Shown here piece after piece: positions 1 through 9,671 of a stretch of DNA of 64,000 nucleotides (positions are counted from its first letter, which is position 1; every line of letters starts with the position of its first letter). A program made the translations under genes and the position numbers. Origin of the DNA: Oscillospiraceae bacterium (lineage in GTDB: Bacteria; Bacillota; Clostridia; Oscillospirales; QAMX01); NCBI GenBank assembly GCA_015067715.1, contig SVLY01000005.1:8312-72311 (forward strand). Direction: 5' to 3'. The notes beneath the pieces were generated by a model. It did no database searches. It saw only the letters and a program-made list of their open reading frames with translations, and was not told where the DNA came from.

Positions 1-681
1 GGTCTTGCCCCGGTAAAAGCGCATTTCCAGGATCTTCTGCTCCCGGTCGGCAAGACTCTCCATGGCCTGGGAAAGGGCAATTCGCTCGGTCCAGCGCTCG
101 TCGCTGTTTTCCGTGTCACAGACCTGATCCATAACGCAGAGCTGATCTGTCCCGTCGGAATAGACGGGCTCGTAAAGTGAGACGGGCTCGGTAATTGCGT
201 CCAGCGCCATGACCACGTCTTCCCGCTTTATGTCCAGCGCCCGGGCGATCTCGTCCACGTCCGGCTCGCGCTGGGTCTCGGCGAGGAGCTTTTCCCGCAT
301 CTGCAGGGTTTTATAGGCGGTGTCCCGTATGGAGCGGCTGACCCGTATTGAGCTGTTGTCCCGGAGATATCTGCGGAGCTCCCCGATTATCATGGGCACG
401 GCGTAGGTTGAAAAACGCACGTCCAGCTCTGTGTCGAAATTGTCGATTGCCTTGATAAGGCCGATGCAGCCTACCTGAAACAGGTCGTCCGGCAGCTCGC
501 CCCGGTTTGAAAAACGGGCGATCACCGAAAGCACCAGCCTCAGATTTCCGTTGATAAGCTCTTTTCGGGCAAGCTTGTCCCCGGAACGGGCTTTTTTCAG
601 CAGGCGTTCGGTTTCCTCGTTTTTCAGCACTCTGAGCTGTGACGTGTTCACGCCGCATATCATGACTTTGTTATATTGCAT
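1..681 (-). CDS. sigG: Sporulation sigma factor, SigG-like (sigma-70 family); C-terminal end runs off the window edge
   Basis: Absent from the ORF track because no stop lies inside the window. Reverse-strand translation from ATG (complement of 679-681) reads MQYNKVMICGVNTSQLRVLKNEETERLLKKARSGDKLARKELINGNLRLVLSVIARFSNRGELPDDLFQVGCIGLIKAIDNFD...YAVPMIIGELRRYLRDNSSIRVSRSIRD...SLADREQKILEMRFYRGKT. This covers sigma-70 regions 2-4, and the NKVxICGVNTSxL N-terminus is typical of SigG. Confidence 0.8.
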   Translation of the reverse strand, partial: MQYNKVMICGVNTSQLRVLKNEETERLLKKARSGDKLARKELINGNLRLVLSVIARFSNRGELPDDLFQVGCIGLIKAIDNFDTELDVRFSTYAVPMIIGELRRYLRDNSSIRVSRSIRDTAYKTLQMREKLLAETQREPDVDEIARALDIKREDVVMALDAITEPVSLYEPVYSDGTDQLCVMDQVCDTENSDERWTERIALSQAMESLADREQKILEMRFYRGKT

Positions 682-769
682 CTTTTCCCGTTCACGCTCC
701 CTTTTGTTCTTACGCTTATATTGTTCCCTTTTGCAAATGCCTTCATTCAGTCCCGTGGGTTCCAATGTG

Positions 770-798
770 TTGACATTTTTAGTGAAAAGGGGTATAAT
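770..798 (+). promoter_or_regulatory. Sigma-A type promoter driving the M-box/mgtE leader
   Basis: TTGACA (770-775), 17-nt spacer, TATAAT (793-798). Confidence 0.6.
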
Positions 799-817
799 AT
801 AAACAACAAAATGATCC

Positions 818-1070
818 GGTAAGTGAGGCTACTACGGGGATACGGATTGCTGCCGTGCAGCGGTGGAGACAGCGCTGCATCGGTCAACAGGCTTTATCGA
901 AACCAAGGTGAAGCATAACGCAATTACATGGCGAAGATCTGCCGCGCCCCGCAAAGCTAAAGCCCTGACGGTCGGCAGAGAGCAGTGCCTGCTCTCTGGC
1001 ATTTTGAAAGAAGCTGAAAGACTGAAATTTCCGCTCCTTTCGCTCCGTTTGGGCGAAAGGGGCTTTTTTT
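818..1070 (+). promoter_or_regulatory. M-box (ykoK-type) Mg2+ riboswitch with intrinsic terminator
   Basis: Blocks GGTAAGTGAGGCT, GGGGATACG, TGCTGCCGTGCAG, GGTCAACAGG, CCAAGGTGAAG and GCAAAGCTAAAGCCCTGACGG line up in order with the conserved M-box core as I recall it from the B. subtilis mgtE leader. An 11-bp stem (1033-1043 / 1053-1063) plus T-run 1064-1070 follows. It lies directly upstream of mgtE. Confidence 0.8.
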
Positions 1071-1102
1071 GTACTATAATTTGGGAAAGGACGGTAAGAA
1101 AA

Positions 1103-2470
1103 GTGGAACACGTCAGAGCTTTTAAGGAACGCATCGAAGAGCTTATCGACAATCGGTTGTTCATCGACCTGCGAAACGTTTTGGCTTCCGCTGAGCCCGA
1201 GGATATTGCCTGGGCATTGAACGAGCTTGAAAAAGAGGAATACATCGTCGCTTACCGATTGCTTCCCAAGGGACTTGCGGCAGATGTTTTCGTTGAGATG
1301 GAGCCCGATGCCCAGATGAACCTCATCGCCACCTTCTCCGATGCCGAGGTCCACAACATGATCGAAGGTCTTTACACCGACGATGCGGCGGATATTCTTG
1401 AGGAAATGCCTGCAAACGTTGTGAGAAGGCTTTTGGAAAACGCCTCTCCCGAGACCAGACGGGTTCTGAACAGCCTGCTGAAATATCCGGAAAACAGCGC
1501 GGGCAGTATAATGATGACGGAGTATATCTCCCTTCAGCCCAATATGACCGCAGACGAGGCCATCGAACACATTCGCCGCACCGCAATAGACAGCGAAAAC
1601 GTATATACCTGCTACGTTATTAAAAACCGCCGCCTTGTGGGCGTTATTTCCATCCGCGAGCTTTTGCTTATGGACAGAAGCGCTCTTGTCTCCACAAAAA
1701 TGCTCACCAACGTCATCTCCGTCGGCACGGGTGAGGACAGAGAGGCCGCCGCGGCGCTTCTTGCCCACTACGGCTTTATCGCCCTGCCCGTTGTGGACGC
1801 AGAACGGCGGCTTTTGGGCATCATTACCGTTGACGACGCAATGACCGTCATTCAGGAAGAGACCGAAGAGGACTTTGCAAAGATGGCCGCCATGACCCCC
1901 ACCGACAAGCCCTATCTGCGCACCTCGTCCTTTAGAATATGGCTCTCCCGAATCCCCTGGCTTTTGCTTCTCATGGTCTCCGCCACATTTACGGGCATGA
2001 TAATAACCGGCTTTGAAAGCGCCCTTGCGGCACAGGTGGTGCTGACCTCCTTCATTCCCATGCTCATGGACACCGGCGGCAACTCCGGAAGCCAGGCCTC
2101 CGTTACGGTGATACGCGGCATTTCCCTTGGAGAGATCGAGTTCCGCGATCTGTTCAGGGTGCTGTGGAAGGAGTTCAAGGTCTCCATTCTCTGCGGTCTC
2201 ACCCTTTCCGTTGCCACGTTTATAAAGATCCTTCTTGTGGATAAGCTTCTCATGCACGCGCCCATAACCACCCTTGTGGCCGCTGTGGTCTGTGCCACGC
2301 TGTTTATGACCGTGGTTGCGGCAAAGATCATCGGCTGCAGCCTGCCTATGCTGGCAAAAAAGCTGGGCTTTGACCCTGCGGTCATGGCCAGCCCCTTTAT
2401 AACCACCATTGTGGACGCCGTATCGCTTCTTGTGTATTTCGGCTTTGCAAAAATGCTTTTGGGTGTATGA
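1103..2470 (+). CDS. mgtE: Magnesium transporter MgtE
   Basis: Frame of ORF 863..2470. The first 240 nt of that ORF are the riboswitch, so the start is moved to GTG 1103. It has an MgtE N-domain, tandem CBS domains (VIKNRRLVGVISIRELL, ALPVVDAERRLLGIITVDD) and a TM domain with MDTGGNSGSQ. Confidence 0.9.
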   Translation: MEHVRAFKERIEELIDNRLFIDLRNVLASAEPEDIAWALNELEKEEYIVAYRLLPKGLAADVFVEMEPDAQMNLIATFSDAEVHNMIEGLYTDDAADILEEMPANVVRRLLENASPETRRVLNSLLKYPENSAGSIMMTEYISLQPNMTADEAIEHIRRTAIDSENVYTCYVIKNRRLVGVISIRELLLMDRSALVSTKMLTNVISVGTGEDREAAAALLAHYGFIALPVVDAERRLLGIITVDDAMTVIQEETEEDFAKMAAMTPTDKPYLRTSSFRIWLSRIPWLLLLMVSATFTGMIITGFESALAAQVVLTSFIPMLMDTGGNSGSQASVTVIRGISLGEIEFRDLFRVLWKEFKVSILCGLTLSVATFIKILLVDKLLMHAPITTLVAAVVCATLFMTVVAAKIIGCSLPMLAKKLGFDPAVMASPFITTIVDAVSLLVYFGFAKMLLGV

Positions 2471-3641
2471 AAGGAAGAGCTCCGTGGTAGTATTTATCGG
2501 TAAAAAGATAACCGCCAAAGCTTCCGCCGATAAGGCAAGGGAGCTTTGGGGAACTGTTTGCGGCTGTGCGGGAATTTTGCTCAACCTCGCGCTCTGCGCT
2601 GCAAAGCTTTTTGCAGGCGTTGTCAGCGGCTCCGTTGCCGTAACGGCGGATGCGGTCAACAACCTCTCCGACGCAGGCTCGTCGGTGATAAGCCTTGCGG
2701 GCTTCCGGCTTGCGGCCAAAAAGCCGGACAGGGAGCATCCCTTTGGCCACGGCAGAACGGAGTATATCTCCGGGCTGATAATCGCCTTTGTGATCATGCT
2801 CATGGGCTTCGAGCTGGCAAAAAGCTCGGTCTCGAAGATAATCACCCCCGAGGCCGTGGATTTCACCTGGGTAGCCGTTGGCATACTCTGCGCCTCTGTG
2901 GCAGTTAAGCTCTATATGTTCTTTTACAACCGCCGGGTTGGAAAAATGATTGGCTCGGCCTCTCTTGCCGCCACCGCAAGGGACAGTCTTTCGGACTGCA
3001 TATCCACCCTGGCATCGCTGGCGTCCCTCTTTGTGATGAAGCTTTGGAACGTGAACCTGGACGGTTACGTCGGCGTTTGCGTTGCTCTGTTCATTCTGTG
3101 GTCGGGTTTTTCCGCCGCAAAGGACACCGTCGGCCCCCTTTTGGGAAATCCCGCCGACCCGGAGCTTGTTGAGGCTATCAAGACCCGGGTCATGTCCTTT
3201 GAGGGCATACTGGGAGTTCACGACCTCGTGGTCCACGACTACGGCCCGGGCAGATGCATGGCATCTCTCCACGCAGAGGTCTCCGAAAATTCCGACATGG
3301 TCTCCGTTCACGAGCAGATAGACCTTATCGAAAAGACCCTTTCCGAAGAGCTTGCCTGCGGCATCGTTATCCACATGGACCCAATCGCCGTGGACGATAT
3401 CGAGCTTATGGACGTAAAGACCGCCGTGTGTGCCATTGTGGGCTCCTGGGACGGGGATTTTTCCGTCCACGATTTCCGCATGGTACGGGGTGAAAAGCGG
3501 ACGAATATCATTTTTGACGTTGTGGTGCCCTTTGACTCAAAGCTTACCACAGCTGAGGTCTGCGGCGCTCTTGAGCTGGCGGTGAAGGGTATCGATCCCA
3601 GATACGTTGCGGTCATCAATGTGGACAGACCTTTTCACTGA
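2463..3641 (+). CDS. Cation diffusion facilitator (CDF) family efflux transporter
   Basis: ORF 2409..3641. Motifs: AVTADAVNNLSDAGSS, HPFGHGRTEY, six TM segments and a C-terminal cytoplasmic domain (GVHDLVVHDYGPG). The start is uncertain: ATG 2409 would overlap mgtE by 62 nt, so in-frame GTG 2463 is preferred. Confidence 0.8.
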   Translation: MYERKSSVVVFIGKKITAKASADKARELWGTVCGCAGILLNLALCAAKLFAGVVSGSVAVTADAVNNLSDAGSSVISLAGFRLAAKKPDREHPFGHGRTEYISGLIIAFVIMLMGFELAKSSVSKIITPEAVDFTWVAVGILCASVAVKLYMFFYNRRVGKMIGSASLAATARDSLSDCISTLASLASLFVMKLWNVNLDGYVGVCVALFILWSGFSAAKDTVGPLLGNPADPELVEAIKTRVMSFEGILGVHDLVVHDYGPGRCMASLHAEVSENSDMVSVHEQIDLIEKTLSEELACGIVIHMDPIAVDDIELMDVKTAVCAIVGSWDGDFSVHDFRMVRGEKRTNIIFDVVVPFDSKLTTAEVCGALELAVKGIDPRYVAVINVDRPFH

Positions 3642-3660
3642 AAAATTTCCCGCGCCGATA

Positions 3661-3689
3661 TTGCAATAAGGGCCGGACTGTGATAAAAT
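3661..3689 (+). promoter_or_regulatory. Sigma-A type promoter of the isomerase-pgi-DUF4432-sulfotransferase operon
   Basis: TTGCAA (3661-3666), 17 nt, TAAAAT (3684-3689) preceded by TG. Confidence 0.45.
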
Positions 3690-3720
3690 CAGTATGCATG
3701 AAATTTTGGAGGTGCACAGT

Positions 3721-4500
3721 ATGAAATTTGGCGTTTGCTGCGGTTTTGAAATGGCAGAACTGCTTGAGAAGATCGGCTTCGATTATATTGAAGGTAACGT
3801 TACCGTTATTTCGTCCATGGATGACGGTGAATTCAACGCCGTTGCGGAAAAAATGGACTCTCTGAAGATCCGCTGTGAGGCAAGCTGCTGTCTGTTCCCG
3901 GGAGAGCTTAAGGTCGTCGGCCCCGATGCGGACATGGGCAAGATCGCAGACTATCTCGACAAAGCCTTTGCCCGCCTTGAGCGGCTGGGTGTTGAGTCCG
4001 TTGTCTTTGGCAGCGGCGGCGCACGCCGCGTTCCGGAGGGCTTTGACAGAGCCCGTGCCTGGCACCAGCTTGTCCAGGTCGGCAGATTGCTCTCCGAAAA
4101 GGCAGGGGAGCACGGTCTTAAGATCGCTCTGGAGCCTTTGAACAGAGGCGAGACCAACATAATCAACTCCCAGAGGGAGGGTCTTGCCCTTGTTGCCGAC
4201 GTTGACCGTCCCAATTTCCGCATTCTCACCGACCTTTACCACGTCTATCTCGAGAAGGACACCCGGGAGGACATTGCCGCCTGCAAGGGGCTTTTGCAGC
4301 ATTGCCACGTTGTAAACCCCGTCGGCCGGGTTGCTATGAACCTTGAGGACAACGTCCCCTACGATATGTTCTTCGGCGGTATCGCCGATTGCGGCTACAC
4401 CGGGCGGATCAGCTTCGAGGGCATTATCGACAATGCCGAGGAGGAGCTTCCCCGTTCCCTTGCGACAATGAAGGCCTTTGCCGAAAAGTACGGCATTTGA
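3721..4500 (+). CDS. Sugar phosphate isomerase/epimerase (xylose isomerase-like TIM barrel)
   Basis: ORF 3694..4500. ATG 3721 follows GGAGG by 7 nt. MKFGVCCGFE..., ...ALEPLNRGETN..., ...TDLYH... are typical of the AP-endonuclease-2/xylose-isomerase-like TIM family. Confidence 0.7.
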   Translation: MKFGVCCGFEMAELLEKIGFDYIEGNVTVISSMDDGEFNAVAEKMDSLKIRCEASCCLFPGELKVVGPDADMGKIADYLDKAFARLERLGVESVVFGSGGARRVPEGFDRARAWHQLVQVGRLLSEKAGEHGLKIALEPLNRGETNIINSQREGLALVADVDRPNFRILTDLYHVYLEKDTREDIAACKGLLQHCHVVNPVGRVAMNLEDNVPYDMFFGGIADCGYTGRISFEGIIDNAEEELPRSLATMKAFAEKYGI

Positions 4501-4545
4501 TCAAACTGTAAAAAACCATCTGTAGTATAAAGGAGAAAACCAACC

Positions 4546-5868
4546 GTGTCACTTTCCGTAGATATTAAAAACGCCGCTTCCTTTGCGGATATTGCCCCTG
4601 TTATGGCTGAGCTTCCCGCCGCCCACGACACTCTTGTCAACGGCACCGGTGAAGGAAACGATTTTCTTGGCTGGGTGAAGCTTCCCTGCAACGTCGACCC
4701 CGAAGAGCTGGCCCGTATCAAGGCCGCCGCTGAAAAAATCAGAAAAGACAGCGACGTTCTGCTTGTTATCGGCATCGGCGGTTCCTATCTTGGCGCCCGC
4801 GCCGCTATTGAATACTGCATCAGCCCCAACTACAACCTGATCTGCAAGGATTCTCCCAAGGTCATCTTTGCCGGCAACTCGCTCTCCGCCGCCCAGACCG
4901 CCGAGATCACCGCAATGCTTGAGGGCTGTGACTGGTCTATCAACGTTATCTCCAAGTCCGGCACCACCACCGAGCCTGCCGTTGCATTCCGTATTTTCCG
5001 TGGTCTGCTTGAAGAAAAGTACGGTGCCGCCGAAGCCGCAAAGCGTATCTACGCCACCACCGACCGCGCCCGCGGCGCTCTGAAGACTCTTGCCAACACC
5101 CTTGCCTACGAGAGCTTCGTTATCCCGGACGACGTTGGCGGACGTTTCTCCGTTCTCACTCCCGTCGGCCTGCTTCCCATTGCCGTTGCCGGTATCGACG
5201 TTGACGAAATGCTTGCCGGCGCCCGTGATATGGCCGCCGCAGTTGCCGAAAAGAGTGAGGATAACCCCTGCTGGCGTTACGCCGCCGCAAGAAATGCCCT
5301 TTACCGCGCAGGCTACACCACCGAGATCAACGCCGCCTACGAGCCCCGTTACCGCTACACCGCCGAATGGTGGAAGCAGCTTTACGGCGAGAGCGAAGGC
5401 AAGGACCTGAAGGGCATTTTCCCCGCCAGCGTCGACCTCACCGCCGACCTCCACTCCATGGGTCAGTACATTCAGCAGGGCATGAGAAACATCTTTGAGA
5501 CCGTTGTCAGCTTCGGCTCCTCGGGTGCAGAGGTGAACGTTCCCTTCTCCGAGGACAATCTTGACGGACTCAACTTCCTTGCCGGCCACACTCTTGACGA
5601 GGTCAACTCTATGGCGGCCGCAGGTACCCGTCTTGCCCACGTGGACGGTGGCGTGCCCAATATCTCCGTTTCCATCGACAAACCCTCTGCCTACAGCTTT
5701 GGCGAGCTGGTATACTTCTTCGAGTTTGCCTGCGGCATTTCCGGCTATCTGCTGGGGGTCAACCCCTTCAACCAGCCCGGCGTTGAGGCCTACAAGGTCA
5801 ATATGTACGCCCTTATCGGCAAGCCCGGCTACGAAGACCGCAAGGCAGAGCTGGAAAGCAGACTGTAA
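4546..5868 (+). CDS. pgi: Glucose-6-phosphate isomerase
   Basis: GTG start. Motifs: [49 protein letters not shown]. The length of about 440 aa matches Firmicute-type Pgi. Confidence 0.9.
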   Translation: MSLSVDIKNAASFADIAPVMAELPAAHDTLVNGTGEGNDFLGWVKLPCNVDPEELARIKAAAEKIRKDSDVLLVIGIGGSYLGARAAIEYCISPNYNLICKDSPKVIFAGNSLSAAQTAEITAMLEGCDWSINVISKSGTTTEPAVAFRIFRGLLEEKYGAAEAAKRIYATTDRARGALKTLANTLAYESFVIPDDVGGRFSVLTPVGLLPIAVAGIDVDEMLAGARDMAAAVAEKSEDNPCWRYAAARNALYRAGYTTEINAAYEPRYRYTAEWWKQLYGESEGKDLKGIFPASVDLTADLHSMGQYIQQGMRNIFETVVSFGSSGAEVNVPFSEDNLDGLNFLAGHTLDEVNSMAAAGTRLAHVDGGVPNISVSIDKPSAYSFGELVYFFEFACGISGYLLGVNPFNQPGVEAYKVNMYALIGKPGYEDRKAELESRL

Positions 5869-5906
5869 GCCTTCGTACTTTTGCTTGACATAAAAGGAGA
5901 GATCAT

Positions 5907-6938
5907 ATGGCAAAGCTCTTTGGAAGAGAATATACCAAAAACGAGTTCCTTATGTATTCCGGCAACCCCTCCAATTTCGCAGGGGTAACTCCCATTGAAT
6001 ATTCCGACGGCAAGGCCCGTGGCACCCGCGCCATTGAGTTCCGCACCGGCACCGGCTTTGAGTTTACCGTGCTTCCGGACAAGTGCCTTGACATCCACAG
6101 CCTAAGATACCGCGGTATCACCCTTTCCCAGCAGGCAAAGAACGGCCTCACCGGAAATCTCTGGGGTCAGGCCATTCCCGGAAACTTTTCCTCCTCCGTC
6201 TCCGGAGGCATGCTGTTCACCGCAGGTCTTCTGAACGCCGGACCTGCCAGCACCGATACCGACGGCACGTATCACCAGTGCCACGGCAATATCGGCATCA
6301 CCCCTGCAGAAAACCTTTGCTCCAGAGCATACTGGGACGGGGACGAGTATAAGCTCGAAGTCAGCGGCACCATGCGGGAGAGCGGCCTTTTCAAGCAGAA
6401 TCTCATGCTTTCCAGAAAGATCACCACCTGCCTGGGTTCCGACGAGCTCCTTATCGAGGACACTCTTGAGAATCTCTCTGCAATTCCCGAGGAATTCTGC
6501 ATTCTTTACCACTTCAACTACGGTTTCCCCTTCCTCTGCGAGGATCTTAAGCTGGACTTTGGCGAAAACGAATGCCAGCCCAGAACTCCCCAGGCCGCCG
6601 CAGGTCTTGCCGAGGCCGCAAAGATGATCCACCCCGAGCACGATTTCTTCGAGCACGTCTTCTTCAGAAAGATGGTTCCGGACGAAAACGGCATTGCCAG
6701 AGTCATTGCCGAGAACGAAAAACTGGGCGTTGGCGCTGAGATCTCCTACGAGACCGAAAACCTGCCCAACCTGTGCCAGTGGAAGTCCATGCGCGCCGGA
6801 GACTATTCTCTGGGAATTGAGCCTGCCAATATGTACATCATGGGTCGCGCCGAAGAGCGTGAAAACGGCACTCTTCCCGTTATCAAGGGCTACGAGAAGA
6901 AGATCTTCCGCCTGAAGATCAAGGCCTACACCCTCTAA
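5907..6938 (+). CDS. DUF4432 / aldose-1-epimerase-like (galactose mutarotase fold) protein
   Basis: ORF 5907..6938. The N-terminal pattern (FAGVTPIEYSDGKARGTRAIEFRTGTGFEFTVLPDKCLDI) resembles DUF4432 proteins as I recall them. No search was run. Confidence 0.6.
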   Translation: MAKLFGREYTKNEFLMYSGNPSNFAGVTPIEYSDGKARGTRAIEFRTGTGFEFTVLPDKCLDIHSLRYRGITLSQQAKNGLTGNLWGQAIPGNFSSSVSGGMLFTAGLLNAGPASTDTDGTYHQCHGNIGITPAENLCSRAYWDGDEYKLEVSGTMRESGLFKQNLMLSRKITTCLGSDELLIEDTLENLSAIPEEFCILYHFNYGFPFLCEDLKLDFGENECQPRTPQAAAGLAEAAKMIHPEHDFFEHVFFRKMVPDENGIARVIAENEKLGVGAEISYETENLPNLCQWKSMRAGDYSLGIEPANMYIMGRAEERENGTLPVIKGYEKKIFRLKIKAYTL

Positions 6939-6962
6939 AAAACCACTATTTCTGAGGTTATT

Positions 6963-7679
6963 ATGCTTGTTACTGTTATCGGACGGGGGCATTCCGGCAC
7001 CCGTGCCATGTCCAACACTCTGGCCGCCAGCGGCGTGTGGATGGGCGAGCCTCTTAACGGCTCCTGGGATCTTATTCCTCCGGAGAGTATGTACGAGGCC
7101 TGCCGTGAGTTTGCGAAATACGTGAACTACAAGGGCGGTATGAGCTGGGACTTTTCAAAGGTTATGGAAATGGACCCCACCCCCAGATTCCGCGCCCTTA
7201 TTGCGGACTATCTCCACAGCGTTCTGGACAGTCCCGCAGAGAACAAGGGGTGGAAGATCCCGGAGACCACTCTGGTCTACCCCTGGATCATCAAGCTTTT
7301 CCCCGACGCAAAGTACATCCACTGGATCCGGGATCCCCGTGACGGTATTCTCTCAGGTCACAAGACGGACGATCTCAACGATTTTGGCATCGACTACGAC
7401 AAGACCGACAATATCCGCCGCAACCGGGCCATCAGCTGGAAGTATCAGCGCGAGCTCACCGACGCAACTCCCAACCCCAAAAACACTCTGTATATCCGCT
7501 TTGAGGATATGGTCTTCGACCAGGATACCACCCTTGCCAGGCTGGAGGAGTTTTTGGGAATTCCCATGGCAAAGATCGAAATGCGAAAAGACCCCGTCGG
7601 ACGTTACCTTACCGACGAGGGCGAGCACGATTTCGATTTTTTCCGTGAAGACCTTATTAAGCACGGCTACGTAAAGTAA
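6963..7679 (+). CDS. Sulfotransferase family protein
   Basis: A PAPS 5'-phosphosulfate loop-like IGRGHSGTRAMS lies at the N-terminus, and a 3'-phosphate motif-like IHWIRDPRDGILS lies mid-protein. It has no signal peptide. Confidence 0.6.
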   Translation: MLVTVIGRGHSGTRAMSNTLAASGVWMGEPLNGSWDLIPPESMYEACREFAKYVNYKGGMSWDFSKVMEMDPTPRFRALIADYLHSVLDSPAENKGWKIPETTLVYPWIIKLFPDAKYIHWIRDPRDGILSGHKTDDLNDFGIDYDKTDNIRRNRAISWKYQRELTDATPNPKNTLYIRFEDMVFDQDTTLARLEEFLGIPMAKIEMRKDPVGRYLTDEGEHDFDFFREDLIKHGYVK

Positions 7680-7681
7680 AG

Positions 7682-7725
7682 AAAAAAGCGGCACCCTTCG
7701 TAAGTGAAGGGTGCCGCAGCTTTTT
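7682..7725. terminator. Bidirectional intrinsic terminator
   Basis: Stem gcggcaccctt (7688-7698) / aagggtgccgc (7707-7717), with an A-run upstream and a T-run downstream. It sits between convergent genes. Confidence 0.7.
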
Positions 7726-7730
7726 GTCTG

Positions 7731-8570
7731 TTATCGGAAAAAGCGTTCGACCGTGAGAACAACGCCGCCGTCGGTGTTGGCGGGGATGATCTCGTCGGCC
7801 TTTTCAAGGGCGATGGAAGATGCGTTTTTGGGGGCGAAGGAGCGGTCAGCAAGGGTGAACATATCCACGTCGTTTTCACTGTCCCCGAAAACGTAGAGGG
7901 CTTCTGCGCCGCAGAATTCCATTGCTCTTCTTGCGGCAACCCCCTTGCCTCCGGCAGAGGCGTAGAACTCAAGGTAGTACATATCCGGGAATCTGGTGCT
8001 GGCATAGAAGACCGTGCGTATGCCGCTGATCTGTCTGAGCCTGCGGTTTATGGGGGCGAGCTTTTCTTTTTTGTCGAAATAAGATGCGCAGACCGTAAGG
8101 GGGTCGGGCTCGTGACCGATGGGGGCGAAAACGCAGGGAGGCTCCGAGCTTGGCTCGTAGACCAGTGACCGGGAAACGCCGCCGGGGTCTATCCATGGGA
8201 GGTAGTATCTTGTGAGAAGCTTTTTTTCAAGGTCACAGGCGTAGACGTGAAGGGGAACGGGCTCGTTTGCGACCACGTCCCATGCGGCCTTCATTGCCCC
8301 GGGGTCTATTGTCCAGGCGTCAACGGGAAAGTCCCGTTCCATATCCCAGAGCACGGCGCCGTTAAGGCAGACCGCAGGGGCCGAAAAGGAAAGGCCGCTC
8401 CCCTCAAGGGCGACGGCGGTGCTTCGGGGGTGGCGCCCCGTGGCGACGGTGAAGAGAAGACCCTGCTTTGTCATCTCCCGAAGGCGCGTGGCAGAGGCGG
8501 GCGGTATTTTGCAGGTCTTGTCCAGAAGAGTGCCGTCAAGGTCGGTGGCAAAGAGTATTTTTTTGTTCAT
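7731..8570 (-). CDS. HAD-IIB (Cof-type) phosphatase
   Basis: MNKKILFATDLDGTLL (DxDGT nucleophile motif) and a C-terminal GDSENDVDMF. ATG at 8570 is preferred over GTG 8579 on RBS spacing (AGGAAGG then 8 nt). Confidence 0.8.
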   Translation of the reverse strand: MNKKILFATDLDGTLLDKTCKIPPASATRLREMTKQGLLFTVATGRHPRSTAVALEGSGLSFSAPAVCLNGAVLWDMERDFPVDAWTIDPGAMKAAWDVVANEPVPLHVYACDLEKKLLTRYYLPWIDPGGVSRSLVYEPSSEPPCVFAPIGHEPDPLTVCASYFDKKEKLAPINRRLRQISGIRTVFYASTRFPDMYYLEFYASAGGKGVAARRAMEFCGAEALYVFGDSENDVDMFTLADRSFAPKNASSIALEKADEIIPANTDGGVVLTVERFFR

Positions 8571-8596
8571 CTGCGGCACCTTCCTTTCGCGGCGGA

Positions 8597-9250
8597 CTAT
8601 TCCTGGGTAAAGTCAAAGCGGTTCAAAACGTCTGCCCGGTCTTCAGCTTCTGTGATAATGTCGGTAAGGGCGTTCCAGCCGTAAACGTTTTCAGCTGTGC
8701 CAACTCCGGCGGGAAGCTGGTTGTTGGTGTTCAGGTTGAGCTCCCTTATTTTTTCCTCGATGATAGAGATCATGGCGGAGGAGAGGGCGTTGGAGGCGGA
8801 AAAGTCCAGCTTGAAATGGGCAAGCTGTTTGTCCCTGCCGGCGCTTAAATGCCTGACAAGGCGGTAGAGGCAGAGCTTGAGATAGCCCAGCATCTGAGCA
8901 AGCAATGCGTCGTTTTCCGTGTGGACGAGAATGTCGGACATGGTCTTTATCGCCCCGGTGATGCGGCGGATCTCAATTTCGGGGTACTCACAGCCGCTTT
9001 CAAAGTCATACTCCTCGGGGATATAGGCAATTCCCCGGCGGTCGTTTGTCCTGCCCAGAATATAGTCCACCGAGCAATCGTAATACTCGGCGCACCGGAT
9101 AAGAAAATCAAAGCCGGGCTCGCGTATGCCCTTTTCGTAGTGGGAGAGCAACGCCTGGGATACCCCCAGCTTTGCGGCGGCGACCTTTTGGCTTATGCCT
9201 TTTTCACGGCGAAGGTTGGACAGGTTTTGATGGAATTTATCGGTGACCAT
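8597..9250 (-). CDS. XRE-family helix-turn-helix transcriptional regulator with C-terminal extension of about 150 aa
   Basis: LSNLRREKGISQKVAAAKLGVSQALLSHYEKGIREP is an HTH_3 pattern. Confidence 0.8.
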   Translation of the reverse strand: MVTDKFHQNLSNLRREKGISQKVAAAKLGVSQALLSHYEKGIREPGFDFLIRCAEYYDCSVDYILGRTNDRRGIAYIPEEYDFESGCEYPEIEIRRITGAIKTMSDILVHTENDALLAQMLGYLKLCLYRLVRHLSAGRDKQLAHFKLDFSASNALSSAMISIIEEKIRELNLNTNNQLPAGVGTAENVYGWNALTDIITEAEDRADVLNRFDFTQE

Positions 9251-9261
9251 AATACCTTCCC

Positions 9262-9537
9262 TCAGTCCTCGAGATCGTCAAGGATCTCGCTGCGGAAAGC
9301 CCATGAGAGGGCGTAGAGAGTGGTGAGGAATTCTTCCATATAGGGACGAAGATAGGCGTCGGTGGCCTTGAGGGAGTTTTTAAGCCGTTCTTCCTCAGCC
9401 GCCCGGTCGGAAACGGGGACGTTGTTTTCGTGGCCGTATTCCGCAAGGGCGGAAGAGATGAGCATATATTCCTTAAAGGCCTCGGTAAGGCGGAGTTCTT
9501 CCCGGCAAAGTCCGGCGCGCAGGTCCTCAAGTTCCAT
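9262..9537 (-). CDS. Small acidic hypothetical protein (91 aa), first gene of the XRE operon
   Basis: ORF with helical, charged composition lying 11 nt upstream of the XRE gene. No family was recognised. Confidence 0.5.
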   Translation of the reverse strand: MELEDLRAGLCREELRLTEAFKEYMLISSALAEYGHENNVPVSDRAAEEERLKNSLKATDAYLRPYMEEFLTTLYALSWAFRSEILDDLED

Positions 9538-9671
9538 TTTTGTTGCACCCTTTCACATTTTGTCGCTATTTGTCTGTGTAGGGTATATTATAACTCAAAA
9601 CTCCCCTTAATACAAGAGCGGACTTGCAATAATTGGCAATTTAGGGTAAAATATATGCAGGTGGTGAAGCT

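Noticed and set aside
863-1102. The N-terminal 80 codons of the ORF-track mgtE ORF.
   Set aside because: This stretch is the M-box aptamer and its terminator. The MgtE homology starts after GTG 1103.
884-2884. A 666-aa ORF antisense to mgtE and the start of the CDF gene.
   Set aside because: It lies opposite two genes with clear family motifs. Its translation is low-complexity (G/A/H/K/R-rich) with no recognisable domain. This is the typical stop-codon-poor antisense frame of high-GC DNA.
4549-5913. A 454-aa ORF antisense to pgi.
   Set aside because: The same reasoning applies: pgi on the plus strand has unmistakable motifs, and the antisense product is G/V/A-rich with no domain.
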